This document shows, piece after piece, positions 53,346-62,769 of a stretch of 64,000 bases of DNA. The notes under the pieces are model-generated. The model was not told where the DNA came from and did not search any database. It was given only the letters and a program-made list of their open reading frames with translations. A program made the position numbers and the translations under genes. This DNA comes from Candidatus Enterousia sp. GTDB taxonomy: Bacteria > Pseudomonadota > Alphaproteobacteria > Rs-D84. Position 1 is the first letter of the stretch. Every line of letters starts with the position of its first letter. The DNA lies in NCBI GenBank assembly GCA_045613785.1, contig JAZLBQ010000026.1, positions 1 through 64,000 of the forward strand, written 5' to 3'.

Positions 53346-53574
53346 AATGCTTATGATAACAATAAATACCTATAAATGCAAAACAAAAACCGGCCCACCA
53401 CAACTATTAAATAACCAACAACAAAAGCCCGTATTTTAATACTAACAGACCTTTTAGATTATATTTAAACACAAACAACTTAATTAGCTTGTATTAAAAC
53501 ATTGACTATTTGTTTTGCTTGTATTAAAATACAATCTATATAAATAGGTTATATTAAAATAAAAGGTAATAAAA

Positions 53575-54672
53575 TTGGCTTCTTTTACTTTAAAAAAATT
53601 TCCAGACATTTTATCCGATATACCATCAACTACAGATACATCTAGTGCCTTATTAAAATTAGCTAGATATGATGGCATGATAGAATTCATACCGTATCCA
53701 GAAGTATTAACAAGCATATTATTTTACCAAGAATCGGTTATGTCATCTAGACTGGAAGGCACGATAGCAACAATTACTGACATATTAAATTATAAAGTTG
53801 GAAAAAATCTATCAGAAAGATTAGAAAAAGACGCTACAGAAATAGAAAATTATAAAGACGCTCTAGGATACTGTATTAAAGAAGCAAAAGATAATAATTT
53901 TGAAATCACAAACAGACTAATAAAAAACATACAAGCTATTATACTAAACAACTCTAGAGGTGGAGACAAACTTAAAGGAAAATATAAAGAAAAACAGAAT
54001 TATATAGGTAATAAATACGATGGAGAGATAACATATACTCCAGTATCTTACTTACACACAGAAGAATATATGAATAATCTAATAAATTTTATAAATTCAA
54101 ATACATCTGAAAACCCGCTTGTTAAAACCGCAATTATTCATGCATATTTTGAACTAATACACCCTTTTGAAGATGGAAACGGAAGAGTTGGACGTATTTT
54201 AATACCAATACTATTAAAAAAATACAATATACTATCCACGCCATATTTTTATATAAGTTATTACTTTTCTGTAAATAGAAACAAATACATATCTGCCTTG
54301 GAAAAAATTTCAAAAGAAAACGATTGGCAGACCTGGATTGACTTTTTTATCAAAGCAATTGAACACCAGACAACGGTATTAACAAACATATTAAGACAAT
54401 TAAAAGAAATTAGAAAAAAAACAGAAGAAGAAATATCAAGCTTAAAAACACAATTTTGTATCCCTATACTTAATTTTCTATTTAAACAAATTAAATTTAA
54501 AACTACTGATTTTATAGAAAAAACAGGAATTAATGCTAACACATCAAGAGCATTATTGAAAACACTAGAAGAGAAAAACATACTTGAAATAGAAGAAAAA
54601 GGAACCGGACAAAGTCCAACAATATACAGGTTTAAAGAGTTATATCAAATTGTTAAGGATATATCAGCATAA
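53575..54672 (+). CDS. Fic family protein (DUF4172/SoFic-like, with C-terminal wHTH)
   Basis: ESVMSSRLEGT inhibitory-helix region, catalytic HPFEDGNGRVGR. Confidence 0.92.
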   Translation: MASFTLKKFPDILSDIPSTTDTSSALLKLARYDGMIEFIPYPEVLTSILFYQESVMSSRLEGTIATITDILNYKVGKNLSERLEKDATEIENYKDALGYCIKEAKDNNFEITNRLIKNIQAIILNNSRGGDKLKGKYKEKQNYIGNKYDGEITYTPVSYLHTEEYMNNLINFINSNTSENPLVKTAIIHAYFELIHPFEDGNGRVGRILIPILLKKYNILSTPYFYISYYFSVNRNKYISALEKISKENDWQTWIDFFIKAIEHQTTVLTNILRQLKEIRKKTEEEISSLKTQFCIPILNFLFKQIKFKTTDFIEKTGINANTSRALLKTLEEKNILEIEEKGTGQSPTIYRFKELYQIVKDISA

Positions 54673-54828
54673 ATGTTTATCCACAAACCCCAGCATTTTA
54701 TCTGTAGCGGTTTGCATTGAATCACGAATTGGGTCAACCGTCAGGCGGCTATAAACCTGTGTTTCGCTGGTGGATTTGTGGCCAAGTGATTTACCAATAA
54801 CCGGCAAACTGGCACCTAATATCGCCTG
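54664..54828 (-). pseudogene. tyrosine integrase C-terminal remnant
   Basis: QAILGASLPVIGKSLGHKSTSETQVYSRLTVDPIRDSM carries the box II LGH...catalytic Tyr. N-terminal part is missing. Confidence 0.85.
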
Positions 54829-55200
54829 TCATGAATCCAAATACACCAACCCCTGTGGAGGGGATTTCAACCCAATTTCTGCCAACGTTTTTGGCACATC
54901 AAACCGAACAACATTCCCCAATTGATATGCATACGCCACATCACAACCTGCAAAATAAGACTTAAAAAATTCATACGACACGCCGGCATTATTCTTTACA
55001 ATTTCCCACATTTCATCAGGCCCCATTGAAATAATCCGAACAACCCTTGCCGCACCTACAACCCTTTTCATCGGCCGTGTTTCATAGATAAAAATTTCAT
55101 CAACCGCCTTTCTTGGACAAACTTTTCTAAATTCAAACTTTTTATCCCCAGATAAAATTTTTTCAACAAATTCAGGCTTTATCGCCAACAAAATCGCCAT
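54829..55200 (-). CDS. ASCH/PUA-like domain protein
   Basis: ILLAIKPEFVEKILSGDKKFEFRK, IYETRP, PPQG. Confidence 0.85.
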   Translation of the reverse strand: MAILLAIKPEFVEKILSGDKKFEFRKVCPRKAVDEIFIYETRPMKRVVGAARVVRIISMGPDEMWEIVKNNAGVSYEFFKSYFAGCDVAYAYQLGNVVRFDVPKTLAEIGLKSPPQGLVYLDS

Positions 55201-55295
55201 TTGTTCCTCTTTCAAGATAAAAACAGAATTATTCAATATGACCTATTGGGCACTTATCCAAGAAACCCAACGATTTCAACGTTAAAAGAAAATAA

Positions 55296-56279
55296 TCACA
55301 TTTTATAGATTCTAACAAAACTTGTTTCACTAGTTCCCGTTGAACCACTTCCACCATCACCACCATTTACAACAAGTGTTGTTGATGTTCCAGCACCATT
55401 GATTGCACCACCACCGCCGCCACCACCATAAGATATTGCCGTCTGACCACCGCATGAAAAACTAACACTTTCACCGCCCTTGCCACCTATGACCGATGCA
55501 TATTCTGTGCATTTATATGTTTTACAACTGGTGGCATTACCGCCATCGCCACCACTTTCTGGTGTTCCGTCCGTTCCCGGGTCAATACTCACAGTAAAAT
55601 CTGGATAAGATGACGCATTATTATATTGCCACGACGTCCCCCCCTTATCACTTGGCGAACCACCGCCACCGCCACCAACACCATATGTATCTGTTTTATA
55701 TATTCTAAATCCCCGATATCCATTTGCACCGCTAAGTCCAGACTTTCCACCAAAACCATTGCCTATTGCCACAGCAGTTGCACTATACAATCTGTTCACG
55801 GCACTATTATTATATGAAATTGTGCATGTATTTCCGGGACCACCTTCGGCCCGCCAAACACGTTCACCAACAACCAGCAAAGAATCGACCCCTGATGCAC
55901 CACCACCAAAAGTCCCGTGTTTTGTTCCCGTTTTCTTCACACTTCCTGGATTACCATCGCCACCACGAAACACATGAACTTCTGTTGGTTCAAACACTGA
56001 AAACAAAGCAGACACAACCGATGTTTCAGACAAATCAACAAAGTCCACACATTCATCGTTTTTCAGTCCGACACCACCACGCAATTCCGCCCGATAACAT
56101 CCTGGTTCCAAGGTAATAGAATTACAAACATTGATATCATTTTCTTCATAGACTAATTCTTCACTACCGGACATAACGCAAGCCCCCTGTGGCACTTCGT
56201 CTGCCGCCATATAGATATTACCTCCAGGTCCGGTTATATATAATGCATTTGCTAAGATCAAGGCAGGTATAAACATCAA
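55296..56279 (-). CDS. glycine-rich domain protein, paralog 2
   Basis: LEPGCYRAELRGG, multiple GxGGxGG and GGGGGG runs, terminal SFVRIYKM. Confidence 0.78.
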   Translation of the reverse strand: MMFIPALILANALYITGPGGNIYMAADEVPQGACVMSGSEELVYEENDINVCNSITLEPGCYRAELRGGVGLKNDECVDFVDLSETSVVSALFSVFEPTEVHVFRGGDGNPGSVKKTGTKHGTFGGGASGVDSLLVVGERVWRAEGGPGNTCTISYNNSAVNRLYSATAVAIGNGFGGKSGLSGANGYRGFRIYKTDTYGVGGGGGGSPSDKGGTSWQYNNASSYPDFTVSIDPGTDGTPESGGDGGNATSCKTYKCTEYASVIGGKGGESVSFSCGGQTAISYGGGGGGGAINGAGTSTTLVVNGGDGGSGSTGTSETSFVRIYKM

Positions 56280-56287
56280 GTATTACT

Positions 56288-57292
56288 TTAACCTATTTTA
56301 TAAATTTTTACAAAGCTTGTTTTACTTGTTCCTTTTGAACCACTGGCACCATCACCACCATTGACACAGTCCGTGTCACACCACTGCCCACTTGATTCAC
56401 ATCCCGACTGATAAAAAAAACACATGCCACCACCACCACCGCCACCATACGAAATTGCCGTCGTCCCAGCACAAGAAAACACAACATTTTCTCCACCCTT
56501 TCCACCATAACCATAATTAGAGGTCAAAGAATTTTCTTTTTTATTTTTTACAGTTCCACCATCACCACCGGCACTTGCAGTTGCGTTACTACCACCTGCA
56601 ATATAAGAATACGAAGAACTTGCCTCACCTCCTATTCCGCCACCAATATTATTTGAACCACCACCGCCAGCACCACAATAACCACGTGCCTGGTATTTAA
56701 TTGTTGACCCATTATTTATGGTTTTATCTGCCGTAATACCACCGCCACCGCCATAACAAACGTCAAACAAAGCATACCCCCCACCATTCAAACCACTCAC
56801 TGTTCCTGTGATACACTTTGAACCAACCGCCCCTGTTGCCCTGATTACACGTCCTTCAACAACCAACAACGAATCCACCCCTGACGCACCACCACCAGAA
56901 ATCTGATGTGAATTCGCCCTTTTGCTATCATTACCATCGCCACCACGAAAAACATCAATCACTGTTTCTTGGTTTATTTTGAAAATACTTGAAACAATTT
57001 CACTATCAAAACGTTGAGTTCCAATTCCGGACTGACAAGACGCAGGTTTTCCCCCTGTTCCACCACGCAATTCTGCCCGATAAATTCCTGCTTCCAACCG
57101 CACAGAATTACAGGTATTTATCGAGTTTTCTTCATACACCAGTGTTTCAGATCCATCATAAATTCCACCTTCTACTGGGATTAAAGCTACGTGAAAAACC
57201 TCGCCTGCGGCGTTTTTTATATGCATAGCAGGCGACGTCAACTGTTGCTGTTGTGCAACAATTTGAATATTATCAACATTTATTACAGGCAT
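56288..57292 (-). CDS. glycine-rich domain protein, paralog 1
   Basis: LEAGIYRAELRGG, polyglycine runs, terminal SFVKIYKIG. Confidence 0.78.
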   Translation of the reverse strand: MPVINVDNIQIVAQQQQLTSPAMHIKNAAGEVFHVALIPVEGGIYDGSETLVYEENSINTCNSVRLEAGIYRAELRGGTGGKPASCQSGIGTQRFDSEIVSSIFKINQETVIDVFRGGDGNDSKRANSHQISGGGASGVDSLLVVEGRVIRATGAVGSKCITGTVSGLNGGGYALFDVCYGGGGGITADKTINNGSTIKYQARGYCGAGGGGSNNIGGGIGGEASSSYSYIAGGSNATASAGGDGGTVKNKKENSLTSNYGYGGKGGENVVFSCAGTTAISYGGGGGGGMCFFYQSGCESSGQWCDTDCVNGGDGASGSKGTSKTSFVKIYKIG

Positions 57293-57430
57293 AGTCCCTC
57301 AAAATACCTACTCTAATCATAGAAAAAAAACATCACATTGAGCAAGTCATAAAGAAAGAAACAATAAAGTAATTGCGACATATTCATAAAAAGTCTTAAA
57401 ATAGCATTAAACAAAGACAGGCAAACAGAT

Positions 57431-58006
57431 ATGAAAAAGATAATCGCAACAATTTTACTATTTATTTTCAGCACCCTGCCAGGACAATCCAAAGATTTTG
57501 CCCCATATCTTGGTGTTGATATAGGATTAAACATTGCACAATACACATCAGACTACGGTCTGGACAAGAATTATTACAACGGAACAATCAACGCAGGTGC
57601 ACGCATTGGCAGTAATTTTGGAATAGAATTATTTTATACTCACACGCTACCCAACGAAGTTGATTATGTTTTTTCGGCTGAAACAATAACCAACCAAGTT
57701 TATTATAATGCATTTGGTTTTGACATTTATGCATATTATAACCTGCCATCGAACTTTGATTTTTTCACATCATTTGGGGTTGCAAATTATAAAACATATA
57801 ACAAATTGACCTATACCACACCGTTCGATGAAGCATCTGCCAAGACAGACTTTACCAACACCACGACCCGATTTGGAATAGGCCTGTTATACACATTTTC
57901 TGACGATAATGTATCAGGTCTTATTCAATATCAATATGCCCCGATAAACAATGAAATAATAAATACTATATCTGAATTTTCGATTGGTTTTCGATATATA
58001 TTCTAA
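57431..58006 (+). CDS. outer-membrane beta-barrel protein (OmpA-TM/porin-like)
   Basis: Signal peptide, PYLGVDIG, alternating aromatic strands, terminal GFRYIF. Confidence 0.8.
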   Translation: MKKIIATILLFIFSTLPGQSKDFAPYLGVDIGLNIAQYTSDYGLDKNYYNGTINAGARIGSNFGIELFYTHTLPNEVDYVFSAETITNQVYYNAFGFDIYAYYNLPSNFDFFTSFGVANYKTYNKLTYTTPFDEASAKTDFTNTTTRFGIGLLYTFSDDNVSGLIQYQYAPINNEIINTISEFSIGFRYIF

Positions 58007-58032
58007 AAAAATCCCCGGAAAGGGGATTTATT

Positions 58033-58857
58033 TTAATCAAAATCTTTTAATGCTTTTTTCAAACTATCCTTCCAGTGTGAAATTTTTATTCCAAAGACTT
58101 CTTTTATTTTATCTTTATCCAAGACACTATAAAACGGTCGCACTGCCCGTGTAGGATATTGATTTGATTTAATTGGATTTACAACACATTTAATTCCAGA
58201 CAAATCCAAAATCTCGACTGCAAAGTCATACCACGAACAAACACCTTCATTAGTAAAATGATAAACACCTGAGTTTTCTGGTTTCATCTGTGGAATAATT
58301 TGCACGATTGCATCTGCCAAATCCGCTGCAAACGTAGGCGTTCCAATCTGGTCTGCGACAACATTGATAACATCTTTTTCATTACCTAATTTTCGCATAG
58401 TCTTTACGAAATTATTACCAAACGCTGAATACAACCACGCAGTTCTAATAACAACTGCACAATTTGAATTTTTCAGAACAGCAATTTCCCCTGCCCGCTT
58501 TGTTTTTCCATAAACAGACACAGGATTTGTTTTTTCATCTGTTTCATATGGTCTATGTGCTGTTCCATCAAAAACATAGTCCGTTGAAATATGTATAATT
58601 TTTGCTCCTGTCTTGGCCAGATTTCTTGGGCCATCAACATTTATTTTTGTTGCTAACTCCACCTCATCTTCGGCCTTGTCCACGGCGGTCCATGCAGCAC
58701 AATTTATAATCAGTTCAATATTATTTTCTTTTACAAAATTCTGAACAGCTCTTTCATCTGTGATATCAAGTTTATCAACATCAGCACAAATTGCATCGGG
58801 CAATTTTTTTGATAATTCTTTACCCAACTGTCCATTACAGCCCGTTATCAGGAACAT
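58033..58857 (-). CDS. rfbD: dTDP-4-dehydrorhamnose reductase
   Basis: LITGCNGQLG, NCAAWTAVDKAE, HISTDYVFDG, YGKTKRAGE, DQIGTPT. Confidence 0.95.
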   Translation of the reverse strand: MFLITGCNGQLGKELSKKLPDAICADVDKLDITDERAVQNFVKENNIELIINCAAWTAVDKAEDEVELATKINVDGPRNLAKTGAKIIHISTDYVFDGTAHRPYETDEKTNPVSVYGKTKRAGEIAVLKNSNCAVVIRTAWLYSAFGNNFVKTMRKLGNEKDVINVVADQIGTPTFAADLADAIVQIIPQMKPENSGVYHFTNEGVCSWYDFAVEILDLSGIKCVVNPIKSNQYPTRAVRPFYSVLDKDKIKEVFGIKISHWKDSLKKALKDFD

Positions 58858-59386
58858 CTTTCAATCCTTTTGCTATTCTATCTTTATCCGAAGTTATAAT
58901 TTTATCTGCTGGTATTTTCCAATCGATTCCGATATCTGGGTCATCAAATCTGATACCAAATTCTGCCGCTGGTGCATAGAAATTATCACATTTGTATGCG
59001 AAAACGGCCTCGTCAGACAAAACAGAAAACCCATGCAAGAATCCACGAGGAATAAACAACTGCCTTTTATTATCATCACTCAATTCCACAGCCACGTGTT
59101 TACCAAAAGTAGGTGAATTTTTTCTGATATCAACTGCGACGTCCAGCACCCGTCCAGATAAAACCCGAACTAATTTAGCCTGGGCAAATTCCCCCAACTG
59201 ACAGTGCAAACCACGCACCACCCCGAACGAAGACTTTGATTGATTATCTTGGACAAACTTATTAGGTATTCCATTTTTTTCAAATTCTGCTTCATTATAA
59301 CTTTCAAAGAAATACCCACGTGCATCCACAAAAATCCGTGGTTCAACAATAACCACACCATCTATTTCGGTTTTAATAAAGTTCAT
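58835..59386 (-). CDS. rfbC: dTDP-4-dehydrorhamnose 3,5-epimerase
   Basis: DARGYFFE, FVQDNQS, VVRGLH, QAKLVRV, DVAVDIR..SPTFG, FLHGF. Start moved to MNFIK. Confidence 0.95.
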   Translation of the reverse strand: MNFIKTEIDGVVIVEPRIFVDARGYFFESYNEAEFEKNGIPNKFVQDNQSKSSFGVVRGLHCQLGEFAQAKLVRVLSGRVLDVAVDIRKNSPTFGKHVAVELSDDNKRQLFIPRGFLHGFSVLSDEAVFAYKCDNFYAPAAEFGIRFDDPDIGIDWKIPADKIITSDKDRIAKGLKDVPDNGL

Positions 59387-59411
59387 ATTTTTCCCCTGCT
59401 TTCTAAGAACA

Positions 59412-60023
59412 TTAAAAACACTTATCCAGTTCTGCACCAGACTCGTTTTGATCAATTTGTTTATTTCTAATTTCTTGTGCGGCTTTGATTTTTTGTTTCA
59501 ACAAAATTATTTCGGGGTGTTTTTGAAATTCCATATTAAACAAATCAATAACCGCATCTACATCATCTTTTGATTTAACAAAGACGGGCATAACAGAATC
59601 TGCCGCCACAAACATAGACTGTTGTAAATCTGGCTTAAAATCATCAATCACCGATAAATAAGATTCAATATGTTTATCTTCGTGTTTTAGCACGGCATTA
59701 TAACTGCACGATTTTGGGACGTGTCGCATATCAATTTGAACTATAAATTCAGAATATCCAACCAAAGCCTCAACTGTTTTTAATCCGACACAAAAACCAT
59801 CATCAACAGGATTGACATCTGCGACAAAATCATAATTATCAACCAAAGTTGCGACGACATTGCCATGCCAAAAATCCATTGGTGTTTTTGGTTGAACAAC
59901 GACTTTTTCCCAATCTGGCAAATTCACGAAAACGGCTGGATTTTTTTTAAATTTCAAACAATCATTGGCCACAGCCTGCCCTGACACCAAGATTGCAAAA
60001 ATCCACCCCAAACACTTTTGCAT
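59412..60023 (-). CDS. secreted hypothetical protein with HExxH
   Basis: Signal peptide and VLKHEDKH motif. Confidence 0.68.
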   Translation of the reverse strand: MQKCLGWIFAILVSGQAVANDCLKFKKNPAVFVNLPDWEKVVVQPKTPMDFWHGNVVATLVDNYDFVADVNPVDDGFCVGLKTVEALVGYSEFIVQIDMRHVPKSCSYNAVLKHEDKHIESYLSVIDDFKPDLQQSMFVAADSVMPVFVKSKDDVDAVIDLFNMEFQKHPEIILLKQKIKAAQEIRNKQIDQNESGAELDKCF

Positions 60024-60030
60024 AATAAAG

Positions 60031-62460
60031 TTACTCTGCCGCCCCCTGCTTTTTCAGGTATTCATTTACAAAATTATTACCATACATTTTGTATAATTCT
60101 TCTGCCAACAGCACTGACGAGCGTCCAGATTCAAACAATCTCAACAGATTTCCCAAACCGCCCAATTCTGTATTTAATATAACAGATTCACCATTTACAG
60201 GTCTTGACAACAACACAGCTCTTTTCAGATTTGGATATGCCTTACCCTGGATAAAAGCCATTTCCAGCGGATTCAAATTCCAGTGTGCATAGTCATTTGC
60301 ATCAGCGGCAGGATTTCTGAAAAACATCACCGTCTGAGCCTGTCCACGCACCACATCACCAATTCCCATTTTATCCAAAACATTCGCACGTTGGAACGCC
60401 ACCATATATGCCTGACGGTTTTTACGTCCTTCTTGTAAACCGGTAATAAAGTTATCACGGAACATTTTGTTTTCCAGCATAGGTGCAGTTTCGTCAATCA
60501 TAATCAGCGACGGATTTCCCCCTGACACAGTAATATTATTGATTCTGTGCAAGATATAAGAAATAACTGCTGGCGACAAGACCTCGTCCTGTAAGATATC
60601 AGTAAAATCGAACGTAGTCAGTCTTGAATGTAAATCCAATGTATCTGATGCTTCATTAAACATATCACCATATTGCAGTGGATCGACCCATTTTTTTAGT
60701 GCGGGCCGCATATTACCAGCCGAAGAAAAACAACTTTCCCACAGATTTTTCAACATTCTGTCATTTTCGTTCAGATAATCAAAATTCACGGAAACAGCCC
60801 GTGCTATTTCATCTGCTGACACTGCATCATTTTGTCCAGAAATAATGGCAAACCACCGCCGCAAGAACGCACGATTTGCGGCACTATCAGGCATTTTCAA
60901 TGGATTTAAGTGTGTAATAAAACTTTGTTCTGTTGCATTTTGAGCTTTTTCCTTTCCCTGCATAGTGATATATTTTCCACCAGCGGCCAGTGTGAATATT
61001 TCTGCCCCTTTATTTCTATCAAAGAAAAACGCTTTTAACTTTGGATGTCTTAAACTTTGTGCAATCAGGAAAGAAAACAGCGTAGTTTTTCCCCCACCTG
61101 TCGGACCTATTGTCAAAGTATGTCCCACAGCAGCAGGTTTATCAGACACATGGAATTGGAATTGATAAGGTGTTCCCTGTGCAGTTGGGAAAACCACCAA
61201 TGGTCCTGGACCCCAGTCTGAATTTTCAACACCACGTGGCTGGGTTGACATAGGAATTGAAATTGCTGCTGCCCTTGACAACAACTTGAAACTGCGTGGG
61301 AAAACATCAAATCCTGGGATTTGTGCAAACCACGAAACTTTTGACGCAAACGTTTCCACGACAGGCGAAATTCCAAATGTTGCTGAAATCTTTTTAAATT
61401 CATCAACATACTTTTGCAAATCACTTGGCGTTGCCCCGAACAGAACAAACAGCGGATAATAATTTACCAGACTTTGATTTCCTGAAACATTTTCGTCCAT
61501 CACGCTTTGTGCCTGAGAAATTTGTGTTTCTGTTGAATCTTTGTTTTCATCTGCTGTTGAACGCCGCTGACGGATAGTCGCTTCTACATCTGCAGCCCCC
61601 ATAATATGAAATCCGTTCATACAAATCATTTCTGTCTGAATAGTAGATATTGTATCAAAGAATTCTTCTTCCAGATAATCAGGTGAAATCTTGAAAGACA
61701 AACAAGCAGCAAACGATTGATTTGGTCCACTGATATATCTTATTAAACCATCATTCAAGAATTCTACATCATCAACGGTTGTTAAACTAGCAATATTGTT
61801 ATCGGCCCTCATTGGTCTTGGTTTTGAAATAGGCGATAATATACGCCCCAAAAAGCAGGCCATATTATCAGGTGCATTATTTTTCAACAATTTTGGTCGA
61901 TACGCTGCCAATATAGATTCAATATAATTACCATATTGATTTAATTTTGCCCGTGCATCACTGCCACTAACTGACAAAACGACATAGTAATTATTCAAAA
62001 ATATTTTCAAGCCTTGTCCCCGCCACTTATTATAGATACGCTGTAAGGTAGGCTGATCAAATTCATAGTTTGTATTTTCATCTGCTGCATCACGCACCAT
62101 ATAGAAACGCAACACAACATTAGGGTCTCTGATTTGATTAAACAACTGTGCTCTTAAATCCAAGAATTTTTCTTTTGTAGCATTATCCTGCATACTGGTC
62201 TGAACACCATCAATATGATAAACCCTGATGATACTACCGTCAGTCAGTTCCATTGAATTATCATTATAAACAGTTTTGAACGGCAAATAGTTAGCATATT
62301 TTGCATATCCGAACTTTGGGAACAGCCTTTTTGTTAAAAAGGGCAAATAAATCAGCAATACAATAAACACAAACGCCACAGCCAAGGCCAGAACCACCAA
62401 AGTCATCTGAAAACCACTACCTGCGAAATAGTTAAAAAAATCATTTAAATGTGTGTTCAT
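60031..62460 (-). CDS. virB4: type IV secretion ATPase VirB4
   Basis: WFAQIPG, GHTLTIGPTGGGKTT Walker A, FFDRNKG, IMIDE Walker B, GRKNR. Coupled to the upstream small TM protein. Confidence 0.88.
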   Translation of the reverse strand: MNTHLNDFFNYFAGSGFQMTLVVLALAVAFVFIVLLIYLPFLTKRLFPKFGYAKYANYLPFKTVYNDNSMELTDGSIIRVYHIDGVQTSMQDNATKEKFLDLRAQLFNQIRDPNVVLRFYMVRDAADENTNYEFDQPTLQRIYNKWRGQGLKIFLNNYYVVLSVSGSDARAKLNQYGNYIESILAAYRPKLLKNNAPDNMACFLGRILSPISKPRPMRADNNIASLTTVDDVEFLNDGLIRYISGPNQSFAACLSFKISPDYLEEEFFDTISTIQTEMICMNGFHIMGAADVEATIRQRRSTADENKDSTETQISQAQSVMDENVSGNQSLVNYYPLFVLFGATPSDLQKYVDEFKKISATFGISPVVETFASKVSWFAQIPGFDVFPRSFKLLSRAAAISIPMSTQPRGVENSDWGPGPLVVFPTAQGTPYQFQFHVSDKPAAVGHTLTIGPTGGGKTTLFSFLIAQSLRHPKLKAFFFDRNKGAEIFTLAAGGKYITMQGKEKAQNATEQSFITHLNPLKMPDSAANRAFLRRWFAIISGQNDAVSADEIARAVSVNFDYLNENDRMLKNLWESCFSSAGNMRPALKKWVDPLQYGDMFNEASDTLDLHSRLTTFDFTDILQDEVLSPAVISYILHRINNITVSGGNPSLIMIDETAPMLENKMFRDNFITGLQEGRKNRQAYMVAFQRANVLDKMGIGDVVRGQAQTVMFFRNPAADANDYAHWNLNPLEMAFIQGKAYPNLKRAVLLSRPVNGESVILNTELGGLGNLLRLFESGRSSVLLAEELYKMYGNNFVNEYLKKQGAAE

Positions 62461-62753
62461 GCTGCTAACTTTCCTGGTATTTTCTTTTTAAACAATTGAA
62501 TTTTTGCGGACACAATCTGTCCCAACTGCGGATCACGTTTTGAAAATATAGCGATAATAGAATGAACGACAATAACAGAGATTAAAAAGAACAATGGATT
62601 TACGCTTTCTTTTCCGCCTGAAACAATCAAGACGATGACGAAAACCGCCATAAAAATAATAAATTGCACAACAAAGTTCAACACGGCCAGCGAATAAGGC
62701 ACATAAAAAATATGTGCTGGATTTGCCAACGCTTTTAATACCTGCTGTTTCAT
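62457..62753 (-). CDS. virB3: VirB3-like protein
   Basis: KALANPAHIFYVPY, two TM helices, KRDPQ. ATGA-coupled to virB4. Confidence 0.75.
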   Translation of the reverse strand: MKQQVLKALANPAHIFYVPYSLAVLNFVVQFIIFMAVFVIVLIVSGGKESVNPLFFLISVIVVHSIIAIFSKRDPQLGQIVSAKIQLFKKKIPGKLAA

Positions 62754-62769
62754 TCTCTATCCGTCCTTG

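Larger units (their letters stand above)
51471..54828. mobile_element. decayed integrative islet at tRNA-fMet
   Basis: Very AT-rich cargo, arm-like TTTGCTACC x2 next to the tRNA, C4-like RNA, Fic gene, integrase remnant at the far end. Confidence 0.7.

Noticed and set aside
54829-54831. Genome-wide UGA=Trp recoding
   Set aside because: Conserved genes use TGG for Trp and are intact under code 11, and TGA terminates genes such as ung and the ATGA-coupled pairs.
55296-57292. Diversity-generating retroelement targets
   Set aside because: No reverse transcriptase is present and no template/variable repeat pair differing only at adenines is visible.
60031-62753. Conjugative element or ICE around virB4
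   Set aside because: There is no relaxase, coupling protein, integrase, att site or compositional anomaly nearby.
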